DNA from: an uncultured Actinomycetota bacterium
Lineage (GTDB): Bacteria > Actinomycetota > Actinomycetes > Mycobacteriales > Nakamurellaceae
Direction of reading: 5' to 3'
NCBI GenBank assembly: GCA_963798965.1
Contig: CAWCVW010000008.1
Coordinates: 890,430-954,429, forward strand
Length of the DNA stretch: 64,000 nt
Part shown: piece by piece, positions 42,020 to 51,667 of the stretch
Position numbering within the stretch: position 1 is the first letter of the stretch
Layout: every line of letters begins with the position of its first letter
Program-made: the position numbers and the translations under genes
The notes under the pieces: generated by a model
Databases searched by the model: none
What the model saw: the letters and a program-made list of their open reading frames with translations, nothing else
What the model was told of the DNA's origin: nothing

Positions 42020-43123
42020 TCAGTCCAGGCTGGCGGGCCGGACGACCACGACGGGGCACACTGCGTGACTGATCAGGGATTGACTGGTGGAGCCGAGTAC
42101 CATCCCCGCGAATCCACCGCGGCCGCGGCTGCCGACGACCAGCAGTTGCGCGGTTCGTGCCAGCGACAACAGCACTGCGGTGGCTTTGCCGTGCAATACC
42201 TGTTGCCGGACAACGACATCCGGGTACTTGTCGTGCCAGGGCGCCAGCTCGTCGGCCAGCCGTAGCCGTTCCGCGCGATCCATCGACGGAAGATCCAAAA
42301 TTCCCTCCTCGGAGGGCCTGGGGTGATTCCAGGTGTGCACGGCGACGAGTTCGGCACCGCGAACGGCTGCCTGTTCGAACGCGAAGCGGATGGCGACCTC
42401 GTTCGTCGAGGATCCGTCGACGCCGACCATGACGGCGCCGTCGTGCGGCCAGCCGGGTCCTTCGGTGGGGATGACAGCGACCGGTGCGGTGCCGTGGGCC
42501 GCGACGGCCATGGCGACCGACCCCAGCAGAACCCCGGCCATCCGGCCGTTCCCCCGGGATCCGACGACGGTCAAGCGTGCCCTGGCAGACTCCCGGCGCA
42601 AAGCGAGGACCGCGTCGCCCTGGATCAGTCGGGTGTCCACGGCGAGGTTCGGATGCTGTGCCCGGATTTCTTCCGCGACGGCGGTCAACATCTGATCCCC
42701 CTCGGCGCGCATGATGTGACCCAGGTCGTCGGGGGCCATCGAGTAGCCCGCGTATCCGGCCACCGGCAGCGAATAGGCGTACACCAGCCGCAGTGCTGCG
42801 CCCCGGAGATCGGCCTCGAAGGCGGCCCAGCGGGCTGCCATCGCAGCATGTGCGGACCCGTCCAGTCCGACCACCACCAACTCGGCGCGCGGACGCCCGA
42901 TGTCGTCGGCCGGCACGGAGGTGATCTCCACCGGTGCCGGTGTGACTGCATGAACCGGCGGCGGTGCCACCCAACCGTCCCAAGCACTGTCGCGCAACGA
43001 CTCGTGTTGGGCAGTCCCGAGATAGCGTTTGAGGGCCGCGTCGTGCCTGGACAGCGGTGTGGTCGCATGCACCACCGCGTTCTTCGCGTCGCGGGTCGCT
43101 CGGTGACTTTCGTGGTCGCTCAT
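42020..43123 (-). CDS. Tandem universal stress protein
   Basis: Two Usp domains: VVGLDGS..VVGSRGNG and MVGVDGS..VVGSRGRGGF..GSTS. Confidence 0.92.
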   Translation of the reverse strand: MSDHESHRATRDAKNAVVHATTPLSRHDAALKRYLGTAQHESLRDSAWDGWVAPPPVHAVTPAPVEITSVPADDIGRPRAELVVVGLDGSAHAAMAARWAAFEADLRGAALRLVYAYSLPVAGYAGYSMAPDDLGHIMRAEGDQMLTAVAEEIRAQHPNLAVDTRLIQGDAVLALRRESARARLTVVGSRGNGRMAGVLLGSVAMAVAAHGTAPVAVIPTEGPGWPHDGAVMVGVDGSSTNEVAIRFAFEQAAVRGAELVAVHTWNHPRPSEEGILDLPSMDRAERLRLADELAPWHDKYPDVVVRQQVLHGKATAVLLSLARTAQLLVVGSRGRGGFAGMVLGSTSQSLISHAVCPVVVVRPASLD

Positions 43124-43210
43124 GGTTTCCCTTCGCCGATCCGGGTGGACGGCACGCACCGCACAAGCGGTGCCGAACCCAACTTTTCACCGGTGGGAAT
43201 GCGGCGGACA

Positions 43211-43224
43211 GGGCCGAAAGACCC
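43211..43224. promoter_or_regulatory. DosR/DevR-like box GGGCCGAAAGACCC
   Basis: Fits the GGG.C-N4-G.CCC core; lies between divergent usp and CBS genes; 13/14 identical to the box at 61691. Confidence 0.6.
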
Positions 43225-43393
43225 GCAAACGGACACCCGGCACTCTGATCAGAGTGCGCCGGGAACCACGGGCGGCGCAGGTGCCGAAGGGCCCGGGAGG
43301 TCGGGACCTCCGCTCGCTGCGACCGCCCGTCCGTCCGACCTACCGTCAGCAGCGGGGGACGACGTCGTCTGCCACAGGACAGGAGCGCTCACC

Positions 43394-43993
43394 ATGCGGG
43401 TCCGGGACATCATGACCAAGTCCGTCCTCACCGTCCAGCCGGCGGTGACGGTCGCCAAGGCGGCAGAGTTGTTGGCCTACAGAGGGTTCAGTGCGATGCC
43501 GGTAGTCGACGAGAACGGCGACCTGCTCGGCATCGTCAGCGAGGCCGATCTGATCAGGAACAGATTCCCGGCGGGTGGGGTGGAGGCGAAGGCGCGGCCC
43601 GCGCGGACGGTGGGCGAGGTGATGACCAGTCCGGTGAAAGGCGTCGGTCACGATGACGACGTGTCGGTTCTCGCGGCTGCGATGCTGGAAGACAAGCGCC
43701 GGTGCGTTCCGATCGTCGACGGCAGCCGGCTGGTCGGTGTCGTCACCAGGCGCGACATGCTGCGGATGTTGTCCCGGTCCGACGCGGAGATCGCGACCGA
43801 TGTCCGGCGTCATCTCCAGGTGCTCGGCGGCCAGGCCCGCTGGTCGGTGCACTGCGTCGACGGCGTGGTGACCGTGAGGGATCAGTTCGACGAGGCCTCC
43901 GACCGCACCGTCGCACAGGTCCTGGCCGAGGCGGTGCCCGGCGTCCTGCGAGCCACGGTGCTCGCAAGGGATCCAGCGGCCGCCGGGAACTGA
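43394..43993 (+). CDS. CBS-pair protein with BON-like C-terminus
   Basis: VRDIMTK, PVVDENGDLLGIVSEADL, VGEVMT, GVVTRRDML. AGGAG RBS. Confidence 0.9.
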   Translation: MRVRDIMTKSVLTVQPAVTVAKAAELLAYRGFSAMPVVDENGDLLGIVSEADLIRNRFPAGGVEAKARPARTVGEVMTSPVKGVGHDDDVSVLAAAMLEDKRRCVPIVDGSRLVGVVTRRDMLRMLSRSDAEIATDVRRHLQVLGGQARWSVHCVDGVVTVRDQFDEASDRTVAQVLAEAVPGVLRATVLARDPAAAGN

Positions 43994-44040
43994 GGCGGTC
44001 TGCGCCCTGCCCGGCCTGGTACGCGGGCGCCATCCCTACG

Positions 44041-44529
44041 ATGACGTCCGTGGACATCCTGTTCTGGGTCGTTGTGATCGTGGCGGCCGCGTTGATCGCG
44101 CTGCTGATCGTCAGCAGGTCGGCAGCACGCTCCCGCATCGACCCGACCGAGGTCACCATCGATCCGGCGGTCGCCACCGAGGTGCGCAGCCTGTACGCGC
44201 GCGACAGGAAAGTCGAGGCCATCAAGGTCCTGCGGGCCGCGACCGGACTGGGACTGGCCGACGCGGTGCGGATCGGCGACAAGTTGGCCGCGAGCCGCAA
44301 ACCGCCGCGTGCAGCCGGCGCCGCGTCGCCGGCTTCGACGACGTCCGCGCCGGACGTTCCCAATGCAATCAACTCGGGTGCAATCGACTCAGGTGCAGTC
44401 GGACCAGGCGATCAGCAGAAGATCCGGGCTCTGGTGGCCGACGACAGGAAGATCGATGCCATCAGGATGGTCCGTGAGCTGACGGGAATGGGGCTGAAAG
44501 AAGCCAAGCGCTACGTGGAGTCCCTCTGA
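44041..44529 (+). CDS. Membrane-anchored protein with two ribosomal L7/L12 C-terminal-like repeats
   Basis: N-terminal TM; RKVEAIKVLRAATGLGLADA and RKIDAIRMVRELTGMGLKEAKRYVE. Start may be GTG 44050. Confidence 0.8.
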   Translation: MTSVDILFWVVVIVAAALIALLIVSRSAARSRIDPTEVTIDPAVATEVRSLYARDRKVEAIKVLRAATGLGLADAVRIGDKLAASRKPPRAAGAASPASTTSAPDVPNAINSGAIDSGAVGPGDQQKIRALVADDRKIDAIRMVRELTGMGLKEAKRYVESL

Positions 44530-44625
44530 CACCCTGGTGGAGTCGGTGCGCCCGCCGACGGCGTGATCGGTCCCAATCGGACACCTGCCGGTGCAGGCGG
44601 AACTCGCCGCCCCGATGATGGGCCG

Positions 44626-45684
44626 GTGAATACTCTGCTGGCCGGCATCACTGCCCGGCGTCTGAAGACCGATCGGCTGACCGTCAACCTGCTGGAGATC
44701 GACGGCCGGGTCGGCGTCCCGGTCCTGTTCGTGCATGGCAATGTCTCATCCAGCCTGTTCTGGCAACCCCTGATGCTCTCGCTACCGGAGCGCTTCCGTC
44801 CGATCGCGGTCGACCTTCGCGGATTTGGCGACACCGATCCCGCGCCGATCGACGCGACCCGCGGCGTCCGCGACTTCTCCGACGACATCGCAGCCGTGGT
44901 CGGCGCTCTCGACCTCGCACCGGTTCATGTCGTCGGCTGGAGCATGGGTGGTGGCGTGGTGCTGCAGTACCTGGCTGACTCGCCCGCGGACCTGGCGTCG
45001 GTGACCCTGGTCAACCCGGTGTCGCCGTTCGGTTTCGGCGGCACCACCGGGGTGGAAGGGCGGTTGGCCGACCCGCCCGGTGTGGGGTCCGGTGGCGGGT
45101 GCGCCAATCCCGCATTCGTCGCCAAGCTCGAGGCGGGCGACCGGACGTCGGAGTCACCGCTGTCGCCCCGGCAGGTACTGCTGTCCCAGTACGTGAAGCC
45201 GCCGTTCGTTCCCGAGCACCTGGACATCTTTGTCGAATCGATGCTGTCGACCCGGATCGGCGACGATCACTACCCGGGTGATTCAGTGCTCACCCAGGCC
45301 TGGCCGGGAATGACGGCCGGGACGCGTGGCGTGCTCAACACCATTGCGCCCAACCATTTCCGGATCGAAAGCCTGACCGGACCCGGTCCGAAGCCGCCGA
45401 TTCTGTGGGTCCGCGGCGATGCCGACGTCATCGTCTCCGACACCTCGCTCTACGACTTCGCCCACCTCGGATCACTCGGCGTGGTTCCCGGGTGGCCGGG
45501 AGCGCAGGACTGGTCGGCGCAGCCGATGGTGTCCCAGACCCGAGCGGTGCTCGACGGGTACGCCGCGGCCGGTGGCTCCTACCGTGAGGTGGTGATCGCC
45601 GACACCGGGCACTCACCGTTCCTGGAGAGGCCGGCGGAATTCGGCGCGGCCTTCGTGGCGGCACTGGACGGTGCCGCCGGCTGA
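44626..45684 (+). CDS. Alpha/beta hydrolase
   Basis: VHGNVSS, DLRGFGDT, GWSMGG, TGHSPF. Confidence 0.88.
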   Translation: MNTLLAGITARRLKTDRLTVNLLEIDGRVGVPVLFVHGNVSSSLFWQPLMLSLPERFRPIAVDLRGFGDTDPAPIDATRGVRDFSDDIAAVVGALDLAPVHVVGWSMGGGVVLQYLADSPADLASVTLVNPVSPFGFGGTTGVEGRLADPPGVGSGGGCANPAFVAKLEAGDRTSESPLSPRQVLLSQYVKPPFVPEHLDIFVESMLSTRIGDDHYPGDSVLTQAWPGMTAGTRGVLNTIAPNHFRIESLTGPGPKPPILWVRGDADVIVSDTSLYDFAHLGSLGVVPGWPGAQDWSAQPMVSQTRAVLDGYAAAGGSYREVVIADTGHSPFLERPAEFGAAFVAALDGAAG

Positions 45685-45779
45685 CCCCGGACGTGACCGG
45701 ACGGCGGCGCTGGTCCGGCGACCCACGCCAGCACCTGCGTCGCCGACGCCGACCCGGGTCCTCGGGCCGGACGAGTCGA

Positions 45780-46790
45780 TCAGGCGGGCCGCTGTTGCGG
45801 GGCGTTGCGCGCCGTCATCTCCGGATCGGTGATCACGACATCACCGAGCACATCGTCGATGCGCCGCAGGACGTCCGCCGGAAGGCGGACGCCCGCGGCC
45901 TTGACGTTCTCGTGAACCTGCTCGGGGCGCGAGGCCCCGACGATGGCCGCCGCGACGTTGTCGTTGCTGAGCACCCACGCCACCGCCAGCTGCGCCATCG
46001 TCAGCTCGGCCTCCTCGGCGATCGGGCGGAGCCCGGCAACGGCCGAGAGCAGGTCGTCCCGCAGGAAGCGCTTGATCATGTTCGCGCCGCCCTTGTCGTC
46101 AGTTGCCCGCGATCCCGCCGGAAGTTCGGCGCCCGGCCGGTACTTGCCGGTCAGCACGCCCTGGGCGATCGGCGAGAAGACGATCTGCGAGAGTCCCAAC
46201 TCGGCCGACGTCGGCACGACCTCCTCCTCGATCACCCGCCAGAGCATCGAGTACTGCGGCTGGTTGCTCACCAGTTGGATGCCGAGCTCGGATGCGAAAG
46301 AGGCACCGGCCCTGATCTGCCCGGCCGTCCATTCACTGACCCCGATGTAGAGCGCCTTGCCCTGGCGGACGATGTCCGCGAACGCCTGCATCGTCTCCTC
46401 GAGCGGCGTCTCGGTATCGAATCGGTGCGCCTGGTAGAGGTCGACGTAATCGGTCTGCAGCCGACGGAGCGAGGCGTTGACCGACTCGGTGATGTGCTTG
46501 CGGGAGAGGCCCACATCGTTGTGCCCGCGCGGCCCGGTGGGCCAATACACCTTGGTGAAGATCTCCAGCGACTCGCGGCGCTCGCCCTTGAGCGCGTCAC
46601 CGAGTACGGACTCGGCGGCGCCGTTGGCGTAGACATCGGCGGTGTCGAAGCTGGAGATGCCGGCATCCAGGGCGGCGCGCACACATTGTGTGGCGACATC
46701 GTTCTCGACCTGGGAGCCATGAGTGAGCCAGTTGCCGTAGGTGATGGCGGAAATCTTCAGGCCGGACCGGCCGAGGTGGCGGAATTCCAT
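45780..46790 (-). CDS. Aldo/keto reductase
   Basis: GRSGLKIS, FDTADVY, IFTK, DLYQAH, YIGVSEW, NQPQYS, FSPIAQG. Confidence 0.95.
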   Translation of the reverse strand: MEFRHLGRSGLKISAITYGNWLTHGSQVENDVATQCVRAALDAGISSFDTADVYANGAAESVLGDALKGERRESLEIFTKVYWPTGPRGHNDVGLSRKHITESVNASLRRLQTDYVDLYQAHRFDTETPLEETMQAFADIVRQGKALYIGVSEWTAGQIRAGASFASELGIQLVSNQPQYSMLWRVIEEEVVPTSAELGLSQIVFSPIAQGVLTGKYRPGAELPAGSRATDDKGGANMIKRFLRDDLLSAVAGLRPIAEEAELTMAQLAVAWVLSNDNVAAAIVGASRPEQVHENVKAAGVRLPADVLRRIDDVLGDVVITDPEMTARNAPQQRPA

Positions 46791-47005
46791 CCGCCCACCG
46801 TAGGTGCTGGCAACCGTCCTCCTTGTCCACGCTGGGCCGGTCGGGTGACCCCGCGCCCCGTTCGGAGCCTTTTCGAAGCGAGCGGATCAGGGTTTGCTGG
46901 GACCTCACCTCACGGCATCATGTTCGTTACAGAGGCGTGCGTCACACTTCTCCCGACAAGCGCTCGATGTCCGCATCGGCCAGGATGCCTCCAGGAGGTA
47001 GACAA

Positions 47006-48883
47006 ATGGACGATTACGAGAAGGTATTCCGGGCCAGTGTCGATGATCCGGAATCGTTCTGGCTCGACGCAGCCGCCGCCATCGACTGGAAGGTGAAACC
47101 GACCACCGCTCTGGATTCCAGCAAGCCACCGTTCTACCGCTGGTTCCCGGACGGGGAGCTCAACGTTTCCTACAACGCGCTGGACCGCCACGTCGACGGC
47201 GGACGCGGCGACCAGGCGGCGCTGATCTACGACAGCCCCGTCACGGGCACCACCAAGACCTACAGCTACCGCGAGTTGCGCGACGAGGTCGCACTTTTCG
47301 CCGGTGTGCTGGCCGGTCTGGGTGTCGTCAAGGGTGATCGTGTGGTGATCTACCTGCCGATGGTGCCGCAGGCGGCGATCGCCATGCTGGCGTGCGCCCG
47401 ACTCGGCGCGGTGCACTCGGTTGTGTTCGGCGGTTTCGCACCGAAGGAACTCGCGATCCGCATCGACGACGCAGAGCCCAGGGTCATCGTCTCCGCATCC
47501 TGCGGCATCGAGGGCAAGCGGGTGATCGAGTACAAGCCGTTGCTGGAAAAGGCGATCGAACTCGCCACCCACAAGCCGGAATCGTGCGTCATCCTGCAGC
47601 GGCCGCAGGCGACCGCTGTGCTGGGACCGAGCGATGTCGACTGGGCAGAGGCAGTCAAGACCGCGACCCCCGCCGAACCGGTGACGGTCAAGTCGACCGA
47701 CCCGCTGTACATCCTCTACACCTCCGGTACGACCGGAAAGCCAAAGGGCGTCGTCCGCGACGGCGGCGGCTACGCCGTGGCGCTGGCCTGGACGATGCCG
47801 AACGTCTACGACATCGGGCCCGGCGAGGTCATGTTCACCGCGTCCGACGTCGGCTGGGTCGTCGGCCACTCGTACATCGTCTACGCCCCGCTGCTGGTAG
47901 GGGCCACGACGATCCTGTACGAGGGCAAGCCAGTCGGAACGCCCGACGCCGGCCAGTTCTGGCGGGTGGTGGCCGATTACAAGGCGAAGAGCATGTTCAC
48001 CGCGCCGACCGCCTTCCGTGCCATCAAGAAGGAAGACCCGAAGGGCGCCCTGCTCGCCGACTACGATGTCTCCGGCTTGAAGTACCTGTTCCTGGCGGGG
48101 GAGCGACTGGATCCCGAGACCTACCACTGGGCCTGTGACCTGCTGCAGATCCCGGTCATCGATCACTGGTGGCAGACCGAGACCGGCTGGCCCATCGTGG
48201 CCAATCCCGCCGGGATCGAATTGCTGCCGATCAAGCCAGGATCGCCGACGAAGGCGCTGCCGGGCTGGGACGTGCGGGTGCTGGACACCTTCGGCAAGCC
48301 CGTTCCGCCGGCCGAGGACGGTGCCATCGTCATCAAGCTGCCGCTGCCACCCGGCTCGCTGCCGACGCTGTGGAACGACGATGAGCGCTTCGTCAATTCC
48401 TACATGTCGGTGTACGAGGGCTTCTACCTGACCGGTGACGGCGGGCGGGTGGACGAAGACGGGTACGTCTTCGTGATGGGACGGACCGACGACGTGATCA
48501 ACGTTGCCGGACACCGGCTCTCGACGGGCAGCATGGAGGAGGTGCTGGCAGGTCACCCGGACGTCGCGGAGTGCGCCGTGATCGGTGTCGCCGATCAGCT
48601 CAAGGGTCAGATCCCACGCGGCCTCGTGGTGCTGAAGTCAGGTGTTGTCCGTGACCCGGTCGAACTGCAGGCAGAACTCGTCGGCATGGTTCGTGCGCAG
48701 ATCGGCGCGGTGGCGGCGCTCAAGGACGTCGCGGTGGTTCCCGCCCTGCCCAAGACCCGGTCCGGCAAGATCTTGCGGAAGACGATGCGGGGCATTGCGG
48801 ACGGGGCGAACGAACCGGTGCCGTCGACCATCGACGACGCCAGTGTCCTGGACACGCTGCGGCCGATCCTGCGTCGTAGCTGA
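47006..48883 (+). CDS. prpE: Propionyl-CoA synthetase (acetate/propionate-CoA ligase family)
   Basis: YTSGTTGKPKG, SDVGWVVGHSY, DHWWQTETG, GDGG, KTRSGKILR. AGGAGG RBS. Confidence 0.88.
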   Translation: MDDYEKVFRASVDDPESFWLDAAAAIDWKVKPTTALDSSKPPFYRWFPDGELNVSYNALDRHVDGGRGDQAALIYDSPVTGTTKTYSYRELRDEVALFAGVLAGLGVVKGDRVVIYLPMVPQAAIAMLACARLGAVHSVVFGGFAPKELAIRIDDAEPRVIVSASCGIEGKRVIEYKPLLEKAIELATHKPESCVILQRPQATAVLGPSDVDWAEAVKTATPAEPVTVKSTDPLYILYTSGTTGKPKGVVRDGGGYAVALAWTMPNVYDIGPGEVMFTASDVGWVVGHSYIVYAPLLVGATTILYEGKPVGTPDAGQFWRVVADYKAKSMFTAPTAFRAIKKEDPKGALLADYDVSGLKYLFLAGERLDPETYHWACDLLQIPVIDHWWQTETGWPIVANPAGIELLPIKPGSPTKALPGWDVRVLDTFGKPVPPAEDGAIVIKLPLPPGSLPTLWNDDERFVNSYMSVYEGFYLTGDGGRVDEDGYVFVMGRTDDVINVAGHRLSTGSMEEVLAGHPDVAECAVIGVADQLKGQIPRGLVVLKSGVVRDPVELQAELVGMVRAQIGAVAALKDVAVVPALPKTRSGKILRKTMRGIADGANEPVPSTIDDASVLDTLRPILRRS

Positions 48884-48897
48884 CCGGCCGTCGACTC

Positions 48898-48929
48898 ACG
48901 ACCGGGTGCTCAGCCGAGCACCCGGTCGT
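48898..48929. terminator. 14-bp hairpin between convergent prpE and FBP genes
   Basis: ACGACCGGGTGCTC-agcc-GAGCACCCGGTCGT. Confidence 0.7.
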
Positions 48930-49482
48930 TGCCGGACACCGGACCGGACGGCGCGCCGTGACGTCCCGTGCCGTCGTCCTTCCTCGACGTGGCCGGTGCG
49001 TTCAGCACCCGGTCCACGAAGGCCGACGCCCTGCGATGGAGGGAAGAGAGTCGCTGCGGCACGTCAAGGCCCGGGTCCGGAGCAACTGCAGCGGTGGCCT
49101 TGAGCATCCTGGCGTAGCCAGAGCAGGCAAGGTCGGCACAGATATAGGTTCCGACCGTGTTGCCGTTGCGCCCGGCGTCACCGCCGCGACGGGCGACGAA
49201 CAGGGCCACGTTCCCGCCGGTGTGCGTGGACCGGCACAAGGTGCACATCATCGATTTGCGGGACGCTCCCTCCGGCGCGCGCAGCACCAGCCCGACCAAT
49301 CGGTCGCCCATCCACAGCACCAGATAGCCGCGCTGAGGGGCCTTCGGGTCACGCCAACCGAGATACTCCAACGCTGAGAAGTCAGCGTCGGCAAGGCCTG
49401 CAGGCAGGTTGATGCGCTGTGCCTCGCCCTTGCTGCAGTTTGCCATCGCCTGACGAATGGCCTTCGGGTCTGCGGGTTTCAT
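48910..49482 (-). CDS. FBP domain protein (FusB-like treble-clef zinc finger)
   Basis: NCSKGEA, LGWRDPKAPQRGYL, CTLC...GNTVGTYICADLAC. Confidence 0.88.
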   Translation of the reverse strand: MKPADPKAIRQAMANCSKGEAQRINLPAGLADADFSALEYLGWRDPKAPQRGYLVLWMGDRLVGLVLRAPEGASRKSMMCTLCRSTHTGGNVALFVARRGGDAGRNGNTVGTYICADLACSGYARMLKATAAVAPDPGLDVPQRLSSLHRRASAFVDRVLNAPATSRKDDGTGRHGAPSGPVSGNDRVLG

Positions 49483-49620
49483 GGCACGCCTCGTTCACAT
49501 CCCAGCAGCCTGGGCATCATCCTGTGGCGGCATCCTGGTGGGACGGCCGAGCGCGGGGTTGCGCCGGAGCGTGACAGTACAAGGCGGCAGAGCGCAGCCG
49601 CCAACAGGTTTCGGCGCAGT

Positions 49621-49911
49621 TCAGCCTTCGACGACAGTGCCCGGACGAGAGCGACGACGCGCGACCGCACGCTCTTCGTCCAGCGCCTTGTCCAGGGTCA
49701 TCATGTTGATCGCCCGGTCCAGCACGGCGACGGTGTTGTCGTCCCCCTTCTCGACACTGGACAACCGCATCTCGAACAGGATGTTGGACGGTGATGTCGC
49801 ATTTTCGGCTGCCAGTCGCAGTGCGTCCAGGTACACCTGAGAGATGAGCCCGGCCTGGTTCACTGCGACAGCGGCCGGGTCATAGCGTGTCGAGCCGTGG
49901 TTGATCTGCAT
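49621..49911 (-). CDS. Small hypothetical protein (96 aa)
   Basis: Protein-like composition and GC3 bias; AGAGAGG upstream of the ATG. Confidence 0.55.
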   Translation of the reverse strand: MQINHGSTRYDPAAVAVNQAGLISQVYLDALRLAAENATSPSNILFEMRLSSVEKGDDNTVAVLDRAINMMTLDKALDEERAVARRRSRPGTVVEG

Positions 49912-50084
49912 GACCCTGCCTCTCGTTTCGCTGAGGGTAAGGCGAACAGGCGCGAAGTAAGGGCGTTTTGCGCTGGTTTAACCGTTTCGTTACACGAAAG
50001 ACTTGTATGACCCGTTGTATTGCCCTCGGTTTGCTCGCAAACCGGACGCAACAGTTGGTTGCCGGTCTCGGATGTGCGCGCTGG

Positions 50085-50245
50085 GCCGGTTGAAACCGGC
50101 GGCGCGGACGCGCTCTTCCTCCCGTGGTTCGCGGGAGGAGACCTCGCGTTGCAGTCGCGCGGCGAGGAACTCATCATGGGTCCACGACTCCGCCTGGGCA
50201 CGTTCGGCCGGCCGGTCGACCACCCGGCGCAGGACACTGGCGGAT
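50085..50245 (-). mobile_element. istB: IS21-family istB N-terminal remnant
   Basis: Reads ERAQAESWTHDEFLAARLQREVSSRE....RVRAAGF, then loses similarity; no Walker A and no intact istA. Confidence 0.7.
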
Positions 50246-50966
50246 CGGCAACCACACGTCGACCGGCCCGAAATTGATGAAGGCGTTGCAGGTCTGCCCA
50301 GACGCAGACCTACCCGCCGTGTGCCGCGTCCGGTGGCGGCAATCCTGCACGCATCGGCCTCGGCGCTCGACGAGGAGTCGGCCGGCTCGACGCCGGGCGT
50401 ACGGGACCGGCGCATTCATCGCTCACATCGACTGGTCTGTGACCGACGTTGCGCAGGCGGAAGCCGTCGAGCGGATCAAGTCGGCGGAAGCGCTCACACC
50501 GCAGGTGGGGCGGTCGCTGAGAGATCGTCACGCACCTGTCAGGTCATTGCCATGCTGTTGCCGCCACACTGGGTTGGAAGGCTTCGTCGGGATTATTCCT
50601 TGCGAATCGTCAATCTCCTGTGGTTCGCAAAGATTGAGAGCAATTGCCAATCTTGATCAGCTGTAGACAATGGGGTGACCAAGCTTGTTGAGGCTCGCCG
50701 CTCGCTTCCCGCCGAGTTTGTCAAAGGATTCTCGGCGGCTGTCCACGGCAATCTGCCGGGACAGTGCCAGTGGTGCGCTGAAGAGCGGTTGTGCCGCCTC
50801 CGCCCCGGTCATCGTCGGGGCAGATGTGCTCGCCGGTGCATGGCGTCAGCCGGCTGCGGCCTCGGCAGCCTGAGATGATGTGTCCGGCAGGTCCTCTCGC
50901 CCGGGTGGGCTTGGTTTCGATCGGAAGGCGTGACAACGAAGCGCTCAGTGTTGGTGGGGACGAGGG

Positions 50967-51409
50967 ATGAGAGCCTCAGATTGCGGGCCGGTTGCCGGCC
51001 TTCCCGCAGGGGCATACGCGGAGGCGATGCGGCGGGCAGCGACGCGGAGCTCGGCGGCCGAATCGTTGGCGGCAGTGGTCGACATGGCAGTGAACAGCGG
51101 GACGTGCGATGCGGCCTCGATAACGTTGGGCACCGGGCGGTCGGTGGAGTCGGTCGCCGCTTCCAGTGAGCTGATTTCCCGAGCGGACCAGCTGCAACAC
51201 GAACTGGGTGAGGGACCGTGCCTGGACGCGGTCCGGACCGACGCGGTCTTCGTTGTCCCAGATCTTGCCGCGGACAGCCGGTGGCCGAGGTGGGCTCCCG
51301 CCGCGGCCACCGGCTGGGCGTCGGCGGCTCGGTGTCGGTGCACCTGCTCACCGACACCGCCTCGGGGTCGTTGAACCTTTACTCGATGCACCCGCGGCCC
51401 CACGGGTAG
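50967..51409 (+). pseudogene. GAF(-ANTAR) protein pseudogene
   Basis: QLQHELGEGPCLDAV..DLAADSRWPRW, frameshift near 51313 into GVGGSVSV..GSLNLYS, stop at 51409, ANTAR domain absent. Confidence 0.75.
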
Positions 51410-51667
51410 CAGCTGACCGCTATCGGTGTGCTGCCTGACTGGGCTGCGGATGATCCCGACGATGTGCCGGCACCGTGGGAATGCCACTGATCCCAGCGCG
51501 AGTCAGAGCCGGGGTTGACGGTCCCCATCGCCGTGTGATCACGGCTTGAGCGTCGTGCACTATCGCTTCCGGACCGGTTCACCGCCTGTCGAGGCGAAAC
51601 AAGACAAGCACGCGGCATGACCCGGCTACGGACTCTGCTGTGGATCCGTTGCCGGCGGTCCCGTCGG

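Noticed and set aside
50250-50560. istA C-terminus upstream of the istB remnant
   Set aside because: Translations show no convincing IstA similarity.
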